Positions 9,126-19,168 of a stretch of DNA of 64,000 bases are shown here, piece by piece; position 1 is the first letter of the stretch; every line of letters starts with the position of its first letter. Under the pieces are notes generated by a model. It did not search any database and was not told where the DNA came from. It worked only from the letters and a program-made list of their open reading frames with translations. The stretch comes from Anaerolineae bacterium (lineage in GTDB: Bacteria > Chloroflexota > Anaerolineae > UBA4142): the NCBI GenBank assembly GCA_034433515.1, contig DAOUAL010000021.1:317-64316 (forward strand), in the 5' to 3' direction. A program made the translations under genes and the position numbers.

Positions 9126-11519
9126 ATGCCCAAAAAGATCGGCGAAAAGAAATCACCTCCCGTTATACTTGAACCCACCCTCCCACCCACCGAATTGGCG
9201 CTGGTGCCTGTCCGCGATACGGTGATCTTTCCGCACTTGATGAGTCCGCTCGTGGTCGGACGTGATCGTTCGGTGCGCGCGCTTGAAGCCGCCCTCGGCG
9301 CCAATCAACCCATCGTCGTCTTTTTGCAACGCGATCCGGAAATCGCTGAACCCGGCGCCACCGATCTGTTTCAGATCGGCACCTTGGTCACGGTGGGGCG
9401 AATGTTGCGCATGCCCGATGGCACGACTAACGTCATCACCCAAGGCGAAGAGCGCGTCAAACTCATCGAAATCGTTCAAACCGATCCATACCTGCGCGCG
9501 CGTGTGACGCTCATCCACGAACCGCGCGACAAGACGATTGAAACCGAAGCGTTGATGCGCGCCGTCCTGGCACTCTTTGAAAAAGTCGTGCGCCTCAGCC
9601 AAAACTTGTCCGATGATGCCTACATCGCCGCGATGAACGCCGATCGCCCGGGCTGGCTCGCCGATCTCATTGGTTCGACGCTCAATCTGGAATTGAGCAA
9701 ACGGCAAGAATTGCTCGAGACACTTGACCCGGTTGCGCGCTTGCAAAAAGTTTCTGTCTTGCTTGCCCACGAACTCGATGTGCTGGAATTGCAAAATAAA
9801 ATTCACAGCCAAGTGCAAGAAGAAGTTGACAAGAATCAACGCGAATATTATTTACGCGAACAGATGCGCATCATCCAACACGAACTTGGCGAGATGGATG
9901 CCCAAGCGCGCGAAGTGAGCGAACTACGCACCAAGATCGAACAAGCCGGGATGCCCAACGAAGTCGCCGAAAAAGCCAAACACGAATTGGAGCGCTTGGC
10001 GCAAATGCCCAGCGCCGCGCCCGAAGTCGGCATCATCCGAACGTATCTCGATTGGCTCATCGCGTTGCCGTGGACCAAAGCCACCGTAGATAATCTGGAT
10101 GTGGCGGCTGCCGCCAAACTATTGGACGAGCAACACTATGGTTTGAAAAAAGCCAAAGAACGCATCCTGGAATACATTGCGGTGCGCAAACTAGCCGCCG
10201 AAAAAATGCGTTCGCCGATTTTGTGTTTTGTGGGTCCGCCCGGCACCGGCAAAACTTCGATGGGGCGTTCGATTGCCCAAGCACTCGGTCGCTCGTTTGT
10301 GCGCGTCTCGCTCGGCGGCATCCACGATGAAGCCGAAATTCGCGGCCATCGTCGCACCTACATTGGCGCGATGCCGGGGCGCATCATTCAAACGATGAAA
10401 CGCGCCGGGACGATCAACCCGGTCTTTATGCTCGACGAGGTGGACAAGATCGGCGCGGACTTTCGCGGCGATCCCAGCGCGGCCCTGCTCGAAGTCCTCG
10501 ATCCTGAACAAAACAACGCGTTTAGCGATCATTATCTCGATGTCTCGTACGATTTGTCCAAAGTGATGTTCATCACCACCGCCAACATTCTCGATCCCAT
10601 TCCCCCGGCGTTGCGCGACCGAATGGAAGTGATCGAGTTTCCGGGGTACATCGAAGAAGAAAAAGTGGCAATTGCCAAACAATTCCTCATTCCGCGCCAA
10701 AAAGAAGAACACGGCCTCACCGAATCGCCGCGCTTTTCCGACGAAGCGATTCGCAGTCTCATTCGCGAGTACACGTATGAAGCCGGCGTGCGCAACCTTG
10801 AACGCGAAATCGCCAATGTCTGCCGCAAGATCGCCCGAATGATTGCCGAAGGGAAACGCGCACCCACGCACATTACGCGCGAATCGTTGTTCAAGTATTT
10901 AGGTCCTACCAAGTTTACCTACGGCGTCAAAGAAGAACGCGATCAAATCGGCGTGGCAACTGGCGTGGCAGTCTCGGAAGCCGGCGGCGATACGATGGCA
11001 GTTGAAGTCACGTTGATGCGCGGCAAAGGGGGCTTGTTGCTCACCGGGCAACTGGGCGAGGTGATGCAAGAATCAGCTCAAGCCGCGCTCTCTTACGCGC
11101 GCACTCACGCCAAAGAACTGGGGCTCAAAGTGAATTTCGATAAACTCGATATTCACATTCACGTCCCCGAAGGTGCGATTCCCAAGGATGGACCTTCTGC
11201 CGGCATCACGATTGCGACCGCCCTCATCAGCGCGCTTTCGCATCGCGCCGTGCACCGCGATGTGGCAATGACCGGCGAGATCACCTTGCGCGGTCGCGTG
11301 CTACCCATCGGCGGCTTGCGCGACAAAGTGTTGGCGGCACATCGCGCCGGCTTGAAGACGATGCTCATTCCCAAAAAGAACAAAAAAGATATGGTGGACA
11401 TTCCCAAAAAAGTTCAGCGCGAGATGCAGTTTATCTACGTGGACAGGATGGAACAAGTGTTGCCGGTCGCGCTCTCGCGAAGCCCTCAGCCAGCACGTCG
11501 AACCTTGGGAAAAAAGTAA
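9126..11519 (+). CDS. lon: ATP-dependent Lon protease
   Basis: 797 aa. Lon N-domain, Walker [10 protein letters not shown], Walker B FMLDEVDK, proteolytic-domain motif [10 protein letters not shown]. Confidence 0.95.
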   Translation: MPKKIGEKKSPPVILEPTLPPTELALVPVRDTVIFPHLMSPLVVGRDRSVRALEAALGANQPIVVFLQRDPEIAEPGATDLFQIGTLVTVGRMLRMPDGTTNVITQGEERVKLIEIVQTDPYLRARVTLIHEPRDKTIETEALMRAVLALFEKVVRLSQNLSDDAYIAAMNADRPGWLADLIGSTLNLELSKRQELLETLDPVARLQKVSVLLAHELDVLELQNKIHSQVQEEVDKNQREYYLREQMRIIQHELGEMDAQAREVSELRTKIEQAGMPNEVAEKAKHELERLAQMPSAAPEVGIIRTYLDWLIALPWTKATVDNLDVAAAAKLLDEQHYGLKKAKERILEYIAVRKLAAEKMRSPILCFVGPPGTGKTSMGRSIAQALGRSFVRVSLGGIHDEAEIRGHRRTYIGAMPGRIIQTMKRAGTINPVFMLDEVDKIGADFRGDPSAALLEVLDPEQNNAFSDHYLDVSYDLSKVMFITTANILDPIPPALRDRMEVIEFPGYIEEEKVAIAKQFLIPRQKEEHGLTESPRFSDEAIRSLIREYTYEAGVRNLEREIANVCRKIARMIAEGKRAPTHITRESLFKYLGPTKFTYGVKEERDQIGVATGVAVSEAGGDTMAVEVTLMRGKGGLLLTGQLGEVMQESAQAALSYARTHAKELGLKVNFDKLDIHIHVPEGAIPKDGPSAGITIATALISALSHRAVHRDVAMTGEITLRGRVLPIGGLRDKVLAAHRAGLKTMLIPKKNKKDMVDIPKKVQREMQFIYVDRMEQVLPVALSRSPQPARRTLGKK

Positions 11520-11561
11520 ACAACATTTCTCTAAATCTATAAATCCGAAAAGGAGTCTGCT

Positions 11562-11936
11562 TTGGTTACCTGCCCCAACTGTGGTAGTTCAGTCGCATCC
11601 ACTCAACGGTACTGCGGCAACTGTGGCACGGACGTGCAAGCGGCAATGGCAGCGCGCGGCGCACCGGTTTCCGATGCCCAGCCCTCTCCGTACGCGTACG
11701 CGCAACCGACGTACGATTACGCACCAACGTACAGCGAACCCTCGCGCGCGCCCATCCGTTTACTCCTGATAGCTGGGGTTGTGCTTTTGGTGGCGTGCTG
11801 CGCCTTTGCGTGCGGCTTGCTCATCGGCTTTGAATTGATTCCCGATGTGCTGGGATTGACCGGCGGCGCGGCAACCCCCAGACCCACGCCGCGCTTTACG
11901 CCGACGCCGCAAGGCATGATTTTGGGGTTCATCTAA
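11562..11936 (+). CDS. zinc-ribbon membrane protein
   Basis: CPNCGSSVASTQRYCGNCG zinc ribbon, Pro/Tyr-rich linker, one TM helix (LLLIAGVVLLVACCAFACGLLIGF). TTG start preceded by AAAGGAG. Confidence 0.6.
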   Translation: MVTCPNCGSSVASTQRYCGNCGTDVQAAMAARGAPVSDAQPSPYAYAQPTYDYAPTYSEPSRAPIRLLLIAGVVLLVACCAFACGLLIGFELIPDVLGLTGGAATPRPTPRFTPTPQGMILGFI

Positions 11937-11994
11937 GGCGAAACCGGCGAGCGGCGCAGAGAACCCGATCGTTCGCCATTGGTCGAGATGTAGC

Positions 11995-13383
11995 ATGCTC
12001 CCAGAAGACATCACGGCGTTATATCGCCAAGGGCAAAGCGAAACGCTAGCGTTCGATGTGGAATCCGTCGCGTTGAATCATCTGGCTCAAGTCCTTGCCG
12101 CGTTTGCGAATGCAGACGGCGGCATTTTGCTTTTGGGTATTGATCCCAAAGGCACGGTGCGCGGCGTCAAAGACCCGGAAGCCACCATCGAAAAAGCCCT
12201 TGCCGCCGGTTTGCGCTGTGAGCCACCGCTGATTCTGCCGCGCCCGGAAATCGCCACGATCGAAGACAAACCCATCATCGTGGTTCAAGTGCCCCCCGGC
12301 TTGCCCCACGCCTATGGTCTGCGCGGCAAGTACGTCATTCGCAGTGGTAAGAAAATTGCCACGCTGGGTCCTCGCCAATTGCGCCAACTGTTGCGCGAAC
12401 GCGGTGAAGCCAACTTTGAATCGCTCCCCGCCCCCGGCGCAACGCTGGACGATTTGGATCAAGCCCTGGTTCACCAATACGCCGCCACCTTTCTCGGCGA
12501 TGCGCCCATCAAAAAAGACGCGCTCATTGAGCTGCTGTATCGGCGCGGATGCATCACCAAAGAAGAAAATGGTTGGCGCCCCACAATATCGGGCTATTTG
12601 CTTTTTGGGCGCGATCCACAACGCGCGTTTCCCAGCGCCGAAATTTTGCTCGCACGCTATTCGGGCAAACACATGACCGATGAATTTGTCCGCGAGGTAG
12701 TACGCGGCTCGCTCCCTGAACAAATTCGCCGCGCCGAAGCGTGGATCGTTGCGAATATGCGCAAAGGTTCGCGCATTGATACCTTCCAACGCGAAGATCG
12801 CACCGAATACCCTCTGCCCGCGGTTCGCGAAGCCATCATCAACGCGGTCGCCCATCGCGATTATGCCATTCGCGGCGATGAGATTCGCGTGATGATGTTT
12901 AGCGATCGCATCGAAGTGTACAGCCCGGGACGATTGGCTGGGCACGTCACCGTCGAGAACATTGTCGAAGAACGTTTCTCGCGCAACGAAGTGATCGCCC
13001 AAGTTCTCGCCGATCTGGGCTTTATCGAGCGACTGGGCTATGGCATTGATCGCATGATTCGTTTGATGCGCGAGTGGGGCTTGCCCGCGCCACGCTTTGC
13101 TGAAACCTCGAACGGCTTTCGGGTTACCTTGCGCGGACCTGGCGAACGTTGGTTGAGCGATGACATTGACAAGAGCAAATGGCGCCGCTTGGTGCTGAAC
13201 GAACGCCAACAAACTGCGCTCGATTTCATCGTCAAGAATCAACGCATTGCCAACCGCGATTTCCGCGATTTGTTCCCCGATGTGAGCGAAGAAACGATCC
13301 GCCGTGACCTGGCCGATTTGGTCGAAAAAGATGTCTTGATCAAGATGGGCGATAAAAAGGGAACGTATTATATTCTCAAATAA
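11995..13383 (+). CDS. AlbA_2/Schlafen-like DNA-binding plus HATPase_c_4-type ATP-binding putative regulator
   Basis: N-terminal QSETLAFD...ANADGGILLLGI (AlbA_2-like). Central REAIINAVAHRDY block. C-terminal winged-helix HTH (ETIRRDLADLVEKDVLIKMG). Confidence 0.7.
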   Translation: MLPEDITALYRQGQSETLAFDVESVALNHLAQVLAAFANADGGILLLGIDPKGTVRGVKDPEATIEKALAAGLRCEPPLILPRPEIATIEDKPIIVVQVPPGLPHAYGLRGKYVIRSGKKIATLGPRQLRQLLRERGEANFESLPAPGATLDDLDQALVHQYAATFLGDAPIKKDALIELLYRRGCITKEENGWRPTISGYLLFGRDPQRAFPSAEILLARYSGKHMTDEFVREVVRGSLPEQIRRAEAWIVANMRKGSRIDTFQREDRTEYPLPAVREAIINAVAHRDYAIRGDEIRVMMFSDRIEVYSPGRLAGHVTVENIVEERFSRNEVIAQVLADLGFIERLGYGIDRMIRLMREWGLPAPRFAETSNGFRVTLRGPGERWLSDDIDKSKWRRLVLNERQQTALDFIVKNQRIANRDFRDLFPDVSEETIRRDLADLVEKDVLIKMGDKKGTYYILK

Positions 13384-13425
13384 GAGCGGGTAGCCCCGCT
13401 CTGGTAGCTCCACAGTCAACTGGGG

Positions 13426-13938
13426 TCATGTGCGCCACCTGGCCATCAAGGCTTTTTCGACAGCCGAGCGCCGTCCTCGGTGAACAGGGGGTGACCAGGC
13501 AGGCGGCGGCACACGGGAGGAGAGCAATTCTTGAACCGTCCAGCAGTGATCGGTGATCCCGGCAGCAGTGGCCGGGGTGCGCGGAATCCACTTGTGACCA
13601 CCGATGAGGCCCGGCACCCGCAGACTACGCTGGTAGGTACAAAAGTTGTAGACGCAGCCCATCAAGTAGATCAAAGGTGCCAGCGTGTGCGGGCGGCGCA
13701 GCAGGGCGCGTGTCCGTCTCGCCAACACCGCTAGTAGTGCACCAACATGAAAGTGCGTCGTGGAAACTTGATACTTTGCCGTCTCGGTAACCATTTTTCC
13801 ATTGGTCTGGTATGCAACTATTTCATGTTGTTGCACTAGGCGCGACCGAAAGGTGGCGTTGAATCGTTCGAGGTAGGCTGTGGGGATGCCGCCGCGAACC
13901 TGTGTGGCTTGTACCAGACGATTGCCGCGATGCCGCAC
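13426..13938 (-). pseudogene. C-terminal fragment of a DDE transposase (IS1-like tail), interrupted by MITE copy 1
   Basis: Reads ...YLERFNATFRSRL[35-aa insert]AVLARRTRALLRRPHTL...YNFCTYQRSL...TPATAAGITDHCWTVQELL. No catalytic N-terminal part, no plausible start, no terminal repeats seen. Confidence 0.6.
13731..13839 (-). mobile_element. MITE-like element copy 1 (109 bp, subfamily A, long form)
   Basis: CTAG at both ends. Terminal inverted repeats GTGCA(A/C)CAACATGAAA. Net 105-bp in-frame insertion in the transposase fragment. Confidence 0.85.
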
Positions 13939-14027
13939 GGGGTGGAAGCGGATACTTGGCGAGTTGGATCAAGTCAGCAGGATGAAGAACGAAGAACTCT
14001 TTTGCCTGTATCCTTTAGGTGTTGACT

Positions 14028-14160
14028 ATGGCAAACGAAAAAAATTCTGATCATTGACGATGACGACGATCGGTGTTGGCGATGCGCTTGCGGCTCGGAG
14101 CCGCGGGGGACACGGGCACGACCTTTGTCATCACTTTTCCAATTTTGATCGAGTTACCGG
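14028..14160 (+). pseudogene. scar fusing a response-regulator N-terminus to a histidine-kinase C-terminus
   Basis: ATG GCA AAC GAA then an A7 tract. One frame gives KILIIDDDDD (receiver start), broken by the poly-A frameshift. A downstream frame gives RLRLGAAGDTGTTFVITFPI, typical of an HATPase_c end. Total length is far too short for either gene. Confidence 0.3.
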
Positions 14161-14215
14161 GTCCAAGTGTCCAAAAGCGTTCAAAAATAATCAGAATTGA
14201 TCCTCAAAAAGATAC

Positions 14216-14244
14216 TTGACGAACAAAAACAATCGTGGTATACT
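14216..14244 (+). promoter_or_regulatory. sigma-70-type promoter of the DeoR regulator gene
   Basis: TTGACG, 17-nt spacer, TGg-TATACT (extended -10). Confidence 0.5.
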
Positions 14245-14247
14245 CAC

Positions 14248-14273
14248 AAGCAGAGACCAACGGGTCTCTGCTT
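14248..14273. promoter_or_regulatory. perfect 11-bp inverted repeat just after the -10 (candidate operator or 5' hairpin)
   Basis: AAGCAGAGACC-aacg-GGTCTCTGCTT, located between the promoter and the DeoR start codon. Confidence 0.4.
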
Positions 14274-14301
14274 GCCTCATTCTATCCCCCTGAGTGTGCC
14301 G

Positions 14302-15111
14302 ATGAAAACGCTGGTTCAGGATGATTTTATTCCAGCTGAACGCCACGAATACATCCTCAATCTGATTCAGCAGAAAAAAGCGGTACGCGTGTCTGCGTTG
14401 AGCAAAGCGCTGGGTGTTTCCGACATCACGATTCGACGTGATTTGGAATACTTGGAAAGGCAAGGTGTTTTGGAGCGCACGCACGGCGGCGCGATTTTGA
14501 CGCAGCGGATGCGGCAAGAGCCGTTGTACACACAAAAAGAACGTCTGCAAATCGAAGCCAAGCGCGCGATTGGGCGCGCCGCCGCGCAATTGGTGCAACC
14601 GGGCGAGACGATTTTTGTCAACAGTGGTTCGACGACGCGCCAGATGTTCGCGCATCTGGGACAGCTGCCACGGTTGCGCGTGATCACCAGCAACGCTGCC
14701 GCCATCGCGGAACTGGGCAATCATTCGGAATCCATCGAGCTGATAGTCGTGGGTGGCACGTATCGCTGGCAGTCCAACAGTTTGGTAGGGCCCCTCGCGC
14801 TGGCTACGATTGCGCGGATCAACGCCTCCAAGACTTTTTTGGGGGTAGATGGCATCAGTATTCAACATGGTTTGACTACACCCATTCAAGACGAAGCCGA
14901 AGTGGCGCGCGCGATGATTGCGCAGACGCGCGGCGCGATTATCGTCGTGGCGGATCACACCAAGATTGGTGTCGTCGCTGACTTTGTGACCTGCCCGCTT
15001 CATCGCGTTGCGACGATTGTGACCGATGCGCGTCTCAATGCCCAGTGGCGCAAGACGCTGGAGGAACAAGGCATTCGCGTTATCGTTGCCAAGTCAACGT
15101 CGCAAGTTTGA
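14302..15111 (+). CDS. DeoR/GlpR family transcriptional regulator
   Basis: N-terminal DeoR HTH (VRVSALSKALGVSDITIRRDLEYLERQG) plus C-terminal sugar-phosphate-binding domain. Start placed at ATG 14302 (MKTLVQ); the ORF-track start 14197 precedes the promoter. Confidence 0.85.
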   Translation: MKTLVQDDFIPAERHEYILNLIQQKKAVRVSALSKALGVSDITIRRDLEYLERQGVLERTHGGAILTQRMRQEPLYTQKERLQIEAKRAIGRAAAQLVQPGETIFVNSGSTTRQMFAHLGQLPRLRVITSNAAAIAELGNHSESIELIVVGGTYRWQSNSLVGPLALATIARINASKTFLGVDGISIQHGLTTPIQDEAEVARAMIAQTRGAIIVVADHTKIGVVADFVTCPLHRVATIVTDARLNAQWRKTLEEQGIRVIVAKSTSQV

Positions 15112-15483
15112 TGGGAAGGGAGGTGAACCACGCCAACGATTCGTTCGACCAATGGTTCGCGGTTTAGACATTTCGAGAATACCTACCGCGCAGCGGTCGG
15201 TTCGCCATCAGAAACCGGCGCGCGCTCCAGAACGTCCCCGAATAATGAATTTCTTCCGTACCCGATGACATTCGCTGCAACCAAGACCCCAAGCCGCCCG
15301 CCGGCGGCTGAACGGCAAACCTGCCTGCGCAGGTTGGAGACGAGTTGGCGACTCGCCTGTCCTAGACGCGATTTCAATCGCCAGAGGTAGGATGTTACCA
15401 ATTTATTTTCTTAAAATTCATACTTCGGGGGCTGACGAGGTGGAAACTCGATCAATCAGGTTGGTCGCGCGCGCTGTGCGGGC

Positions 15484-15505
15484 AACACGCTTCAGCGTGT
15501 TTTTC
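15484..15505 (+). terminator. intrinsic-terminator-like hairpin in the leader of the ABC operon
   Basis: AACACGC-ttca-GCGTGTT followed by TTTT, 65 nt upstream of the SBP start codon. Confidence 0.35.
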
Positions 15506-15570
15506 ATCTCACTGAGCCACCGATTTCAATCGGTGGCAACGCCGCAAATTTCTGGGTAGAAGGAGAACAG

Positions 15571-16977
15571 ATGAAAACCCAAACAGTGATCGTTTTGGTT
15601 TTGCTTGCGTTGGTGTTAGCGGCATGTGCGCCAGCGGCTACGCCGGCGCCGACGGCGACCGTGCCAGCCGCGAAACCGACCACGCCTGCTGCACCTGCGG
15701 CGCCTGCCACGCTGCCGATTGTGGGCGCGGATGTCAAGCCCGCGGCGACGGAAGTATTGTTCTGGCACGCGATGAGTGGGAGTCGCGGGGATGTCATCAA
15801 GGCGTTCGCTGAAGATTTTAACAAGACGAACCAGTACGGCATCACCGTCAAGCCCGAGTACACCGGCTCGTACGCCGAGACGGTGACCAAGGCACTGGCG
15901 GCGTACAAGACCGGCAAGCCCCCCCACATCGTTCAGGTGTACGAAGTGGGAACACAAACGATGCGCGATTCTAAAGCCATCGTGCCGATCTACACGTTGA
16001 ATCGGGGGGATGTGGACTTTGGGGATGTGGTGCAACCCATCGTCAAGTACTACAGTGTGGGCGGTCAAGTGGTGTGTATGCCGTTCAACAGTTCGACCGC
16101 GATGTTGTACTACAACAAGGACGTGTTCAAGAAGGCGGGTCTCGATCCTAACAAACCGCCGACGACGTTCGATGAGATGTACGAGTACGGCAAAAAGATC
16201 GTGAGTAGCGGCGCCGCCAAGGGCGGTGTCTCGTTTGGTTGGCCCGCCTGGATCTTTGAGCAAATGTTCGCGACGCACAATCAGTTGTATGCGAACAATG
16301 ACAACGGGCGCAGTGGTTTGGCAACGGAAGTGTACATCAACAGCCCCTTTGGTGTAAAGGTGTTGGGTGAATGGCAAAAGTGGGCAAAGGAAAAAGTGTT
16401 GGTGTATGGTGGTCGCGAGTACGACGCGAACGCGCCCTTCCTCGCCGGCGAATTTGCGATGCTGGTGCAGTCTACTTCGTCGCTGGGTGGGATCCAGAAC
16501 AGCGCCAAGGGCAAGTTCGAGCTGGGCACCACGTTCTTGCCGCGCTTGCCGGGCTATCCGTCGGGTAACTCGGTTGTCGGCGGGGGCTGTCTGTGGGTGA
16601 TGAAAGGTCGCTCGGACGCGGAGAATCTTGCCGCGTGGGAATTCCTCAAGCACATCAACAAACTGGAGAACCAAATCACCTGGCACAAAAAGACCGGCTA
16701 TTTCCCCGCCACGAACACTGCTGTCACATCGCTCCTGAACGAGGGATGGTTCGCGCAACAACCGAATTACATCACCGCGTTTATGCAAATTCTGTTGGGC
16801 GTGGATACCCCTGCCGCCCGCGGGGTGTTGCTTGGCAACTTTGTCGAAATCCGTGACGTGGTCGGCGCGGCGATTGAAGAAGTCGTTGTCAATATGAAAG
16901 ACCCCAAGACCGTGTTGGACGACGCCGCCAAAAAGACCAATCAGATTTTGAAAGACTACGCCGAAGTCAACAAATAG
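15571..16977 (+). CDS. ABC transporter substrate-binding lipoprotein (family 1, UgpB/MalE-like)
   Basis: Signal peptide with lipobox (LALVLAAC), Ala/Pro/Thr-rich linker, family-1 solute-binding fold. GGAG 8 nt upstream. Confidence 0.85.
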   Translation: MKTQTVIVLVLLALVLAACAPAATPAPTATVPAAKPTTPAAPAAPATLPIVGADVKPAATEVLFWHAMSGSRGDVIKAFAEDFNKTNQYGITVKPEYTGSYAETVTKALAAYKTGKPPHIVQVYEVGTQTMRDSKAIVPIYTLNRGDVDFGDVVQPIVKYYSVGGQVVCMPFNSSTAMLYYNKDVFKKAGLDPNKPPTTFDEMYEYGKKIVSSGAAKGGVSFGWPAWIFEQMFATHNQLYANNDNGRSGLATEVYINSPFGVKVLGEWQKWAKEKVLVYGGREYDANAPFLAGEFAMLVQSTSSLGGIQNSAKGKFELGTTFLPRLPGYPSGNSVVGGGCLWVMKGRSDAENLAAWEFLKHINKLENQITWHKKTGYFPATNTAVTSLLNEGWFAQQPNYITAFMQILLGVDTPAARGVLLGNFVEIRDVVGAAIEEVVVNMKDPKTVLDDAAKKTNQILKDYAEVNK

Positions 16978-17072
16978 TGCGCCGCATTCGCTCGGTCGGC
17001 AGCTCGGATAGTCAGGCGCGTCCGTGCGTCTGACTATCCGACTTGCGACGAGATGCCGCATACAACAAGACT

Positions 17073-17954
17073 ATGCACACGCGTTTCCCCAACAAACTAC
17101 TCCCGTACATTTTGCTTTCACCCAGTATCATCATCGTTCTGATCTTCTTTGTCGTGCCGAGTGTCCAGAGCATTCAACAGAGTGTTTATCGGAGCAATAT
17201 TTCCGGCACGCGACAAATTTTTGTGGGCTTGCGGAATTACGAGCAACTGTTTTCCACCACCGAGTACCTCAACTCGTTACAGGTCACAGCGCTTTTTGCG
17301 TTGTTCGTCGTGGGGGTAGGGCTTACCTTGAGTCTGTTCATCGCGCTCGTGGCGAATCAACGCTATACCGGCTTTACCGTCTATCGCACGTTGCTCATCT
17401 GGCCCTACGCGCTCTCGCCAAATATCGCCGGGGTGATCTGGGGCTTGATGTTGGAGCCAACGATTGGGATGTTGACGAACGCCATCGGTTTTCTCGGTGT
17501 GCATCTGAATTGGCGCGGCGACGCGGTGAGCGCGTTGCTTTTTATCGCGATGGCGGCGACGTGGAAGATGTTGGGTTACAACATCATCTTTTTCTTGGCG
17601 GGCATCCAGGGCTTGCCGCGCGAAATCTTGGAGGCGAGCGAAGTGGATGGCGCGAATCGGTGGACCAAGTTCTGGAAAATTACCTTTCCCTTGCTTTCGC
17701 CAACGACATTTTTCTTGTTCATTATGAACACGCTCTATGCGTTCTTCGAGGGCTTTGGTTTGATCCACGTGACGACGAACGGGGGACCTGGCTACGCCAC
17801 CGATTTGATGGTGTACAAACTCTATCGCGATGGATTTATCGCGATGAACACCGGCTTTGCAGCGGCACAATCCGTCGTGTTGTTGTTGATTGTTGCCTCA
17901 CTGACGTTCTTGCAGTTCCGCTATGCGGGCCGCCATGTCTACTATGGAGGATGA
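17073..17954 (+). CDS. ABC transporter permease (UgpA/MalF-like)
   Basis: Six-TM permease with EAA loop (EASEVDGANRWTKFWKITFPLL). Start uncertain: ATG 17073 (MHTRFPNKLLPYILL) or TTG 17043. Confidence 0.85.
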   Translation: MHTRFPNKLLPYILLSPSIIIVLIFFVVPSVQSIQQSVYRSNISGTRQIFVGLRNYEQLFSTTEYLNSLQVTALFALFVVGVGLTLSLFIALVANQRYTGFTVYRTLLIWPYALSPNIAGVIWGLMLEPTIGMLTNAIGFLGVHLNWRGDAVSALLFIAMAATWKMLGYNIIFFLAGIQGLPREILEASEVDGANRWTKFWKITFPLLSPTTFFLFIMNTLYAFFEGFGLIHVTTNGGPGYATDLMVYKLYRDGFIAMNTGFAAAQSVVLLLIVASLTFLQFRYAGRHVYYGG

Positions 17955-17957
17955 GCG

Positions 17958-18815
17958 ATGACCGTGATGCCTCTGGCACGCCCCCGCTTTTCGCCGCTGC
18001 GTCTTGGGCGCGCGCTCTCGGCGCACGCCGTTATGTTGTTCGCCGTCGCGCTGACCTTGTTCCCGATGTTGTACGCGCTGTTGGTCAGCACGCAGACGAC
18101 GCAAGAGTATTACACCTTTCCGCCCAATCTATTGCCCGGCACAGGCACGCTGCACAACTATACCGTCGCGTTCGAACGCGCCGCGCTGGCGCGCTTGGTC
18201 TTGAACACGACCATCATTTCGCTTGCCGTTGCGTTTGGCAAAATGCTGTTGAGTGTCACGGCGGGCTTTGCCTTCGTCTATTTTGATTTTCGCGGCAAGT
18301 TGGTCTTTTTCGTTCTGATTTTCCTGACCCATATGCTCCCGGTACCGGTGCGGATCGTGCCGACGTTTCAGCTGATGGATCAACTGGGGTGGGTCAATAC
18401 GTACTGGGCGCTAACCGTGCCGTTCTTCGCGAGCGCGACAGGCACACTCTTGTTTCGTCAGTTGTATATGACGGTGCCGGCTTCGCTTGCCGATGCGGCG
18501 CGGATAGACGGTGCGGGACCCTTGCAATTTCTCTGGAACATTATCGTCCCAATCTCGCGCACCAATTTGATGGCACTTTTTTTGATTGAATTTATTTATA
18601 TGTGGAATCAGTACCTGTGGCCCCTCATCGTCGCCAACACCGAAACGACGCGTGTCATTCAAGTCGGCTTGAAGGTACTGATTGCCACCGACGCGGCGGT
18701 GGAGTGGAATATCGTGATGGCGGGTGTCGTTGTGGCAATGATTCCCCCGCTCATTGTCTTGCTGTTGACACAAAAGAGTCTCATCACGGGCTTGTCTTTG
18801 TTCGAGGAGAAGTGA
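17958..18815 (+). CDS. ABC transporter permease (UgpE/MalG-like)
   Basis: EAA loop DAARIDGAGPLQFLWNIIVPI. GGAGGA upstream of ATG 17958. Confidence 0.85.
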   Translation: MTVMPLARPRFSPLRLGRALSAHAVMLFAVALTLFPMLYALLVSTQTTQEYYTFPPNLLPGTGTLHNYTVAFERAALARLVLNTTIISLAVAFGKMLLSVTAGFAFVYFDFRGKLVFFVLIFLTHMLPVPVRIVPTFQLMDQLGWVNTYWALTVPFFASATGTLLFRQLYMTVPASLADAARIDGAGPLQFLWNIIVPISRTNLMALFLIEFIYMWNQYLWPLIVANTETTRVIQVGLKVLIATDAAVEWNIVMAGVVVAMIPPLIVLLLTQKSLITGLSLFEEK

Positions 18816-18969
18816 GCAATCATCCACCTAAACGAACCACACTGTGAAAATATCGCTCCAGTCGCATCTGTGATATAATTGATGAGACCGCGCATGGTAC
18901 ACCTTCGGGGGAAGTGGGGTTCTTCACTCCATAGGGTATCATGCGGGTCATTTTTGTAAAGGCGGCAAA

Positions 18970-19078
18970 CCAGTGCAACAACATAAAATAGTTGCATACC
19001 AGACTGAGGGGAAGACATTGACAGACGTGGCTAAAAATCGAGTTTCTACCACGTACTTTCATGTTGGTGCGCTACTAG
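18970..19078 (+). mobile_element. MITE-like element copy 2 (109 bp, subfamily B)
   Basis: cCAG...CTAG flanks, the same terminal inverted repeats, subfamily B core GGGAAGACATTGACAGACGTGGCTAAAAATCGAG. Confidence 0.85.
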
Positions 19079-19168
19079 CAATGACCTTTTGAGTCGCCCC
19101 AGCCGACTTGGCGACAGTCCTGGGCGCGTGATTCAGGGAACGTGCGTTCGGATGAAAAATGGAGGTTC

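Noticed and set aside
9126-13383. Lon protease, zinc-ribbon membrane protein and AlbA_2/HATPase_c_4 protein as a possible defence module
   Set aside because: Lon is the canonical housekeeping LonA with its own consensus promoter. The neighbours have separate starts and no known functional link. I see no sequence evidence beyond adjacency.
12046-13419. Long antisense ORFs opposite recognised genes: 12046..13419, 15616..17061, 29387..30583, 34393..35628, 38366..39526, 40402..41673, 52854..53504, 61092..61907
   Set aside because: These are shadow ORFs typical of GC-rich DNA. Their translations are Arg/His/Gly-rich and low in complexity, without motifs, and the opposite strand carries full-length family matches in each case.
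15432-15447. Hammerhead-ribozyme-like core CTGACGAG...GAAAC in the ABC operon leader
   Set aside because: Only 4 nt (GTGG region) separate CUGACGA from GAAA, so no stem II can form. No flanking stems I/III or cleavage-site triplet could be built.
17024-18286. 420-aa plus-strand ORF spanning both Ugp-like permease genes in another frame
   Set aside because: It overlaps two well-supported permease genes in a different frame. The composition is Arg/His-rich and there are no membrane helices or motifs.
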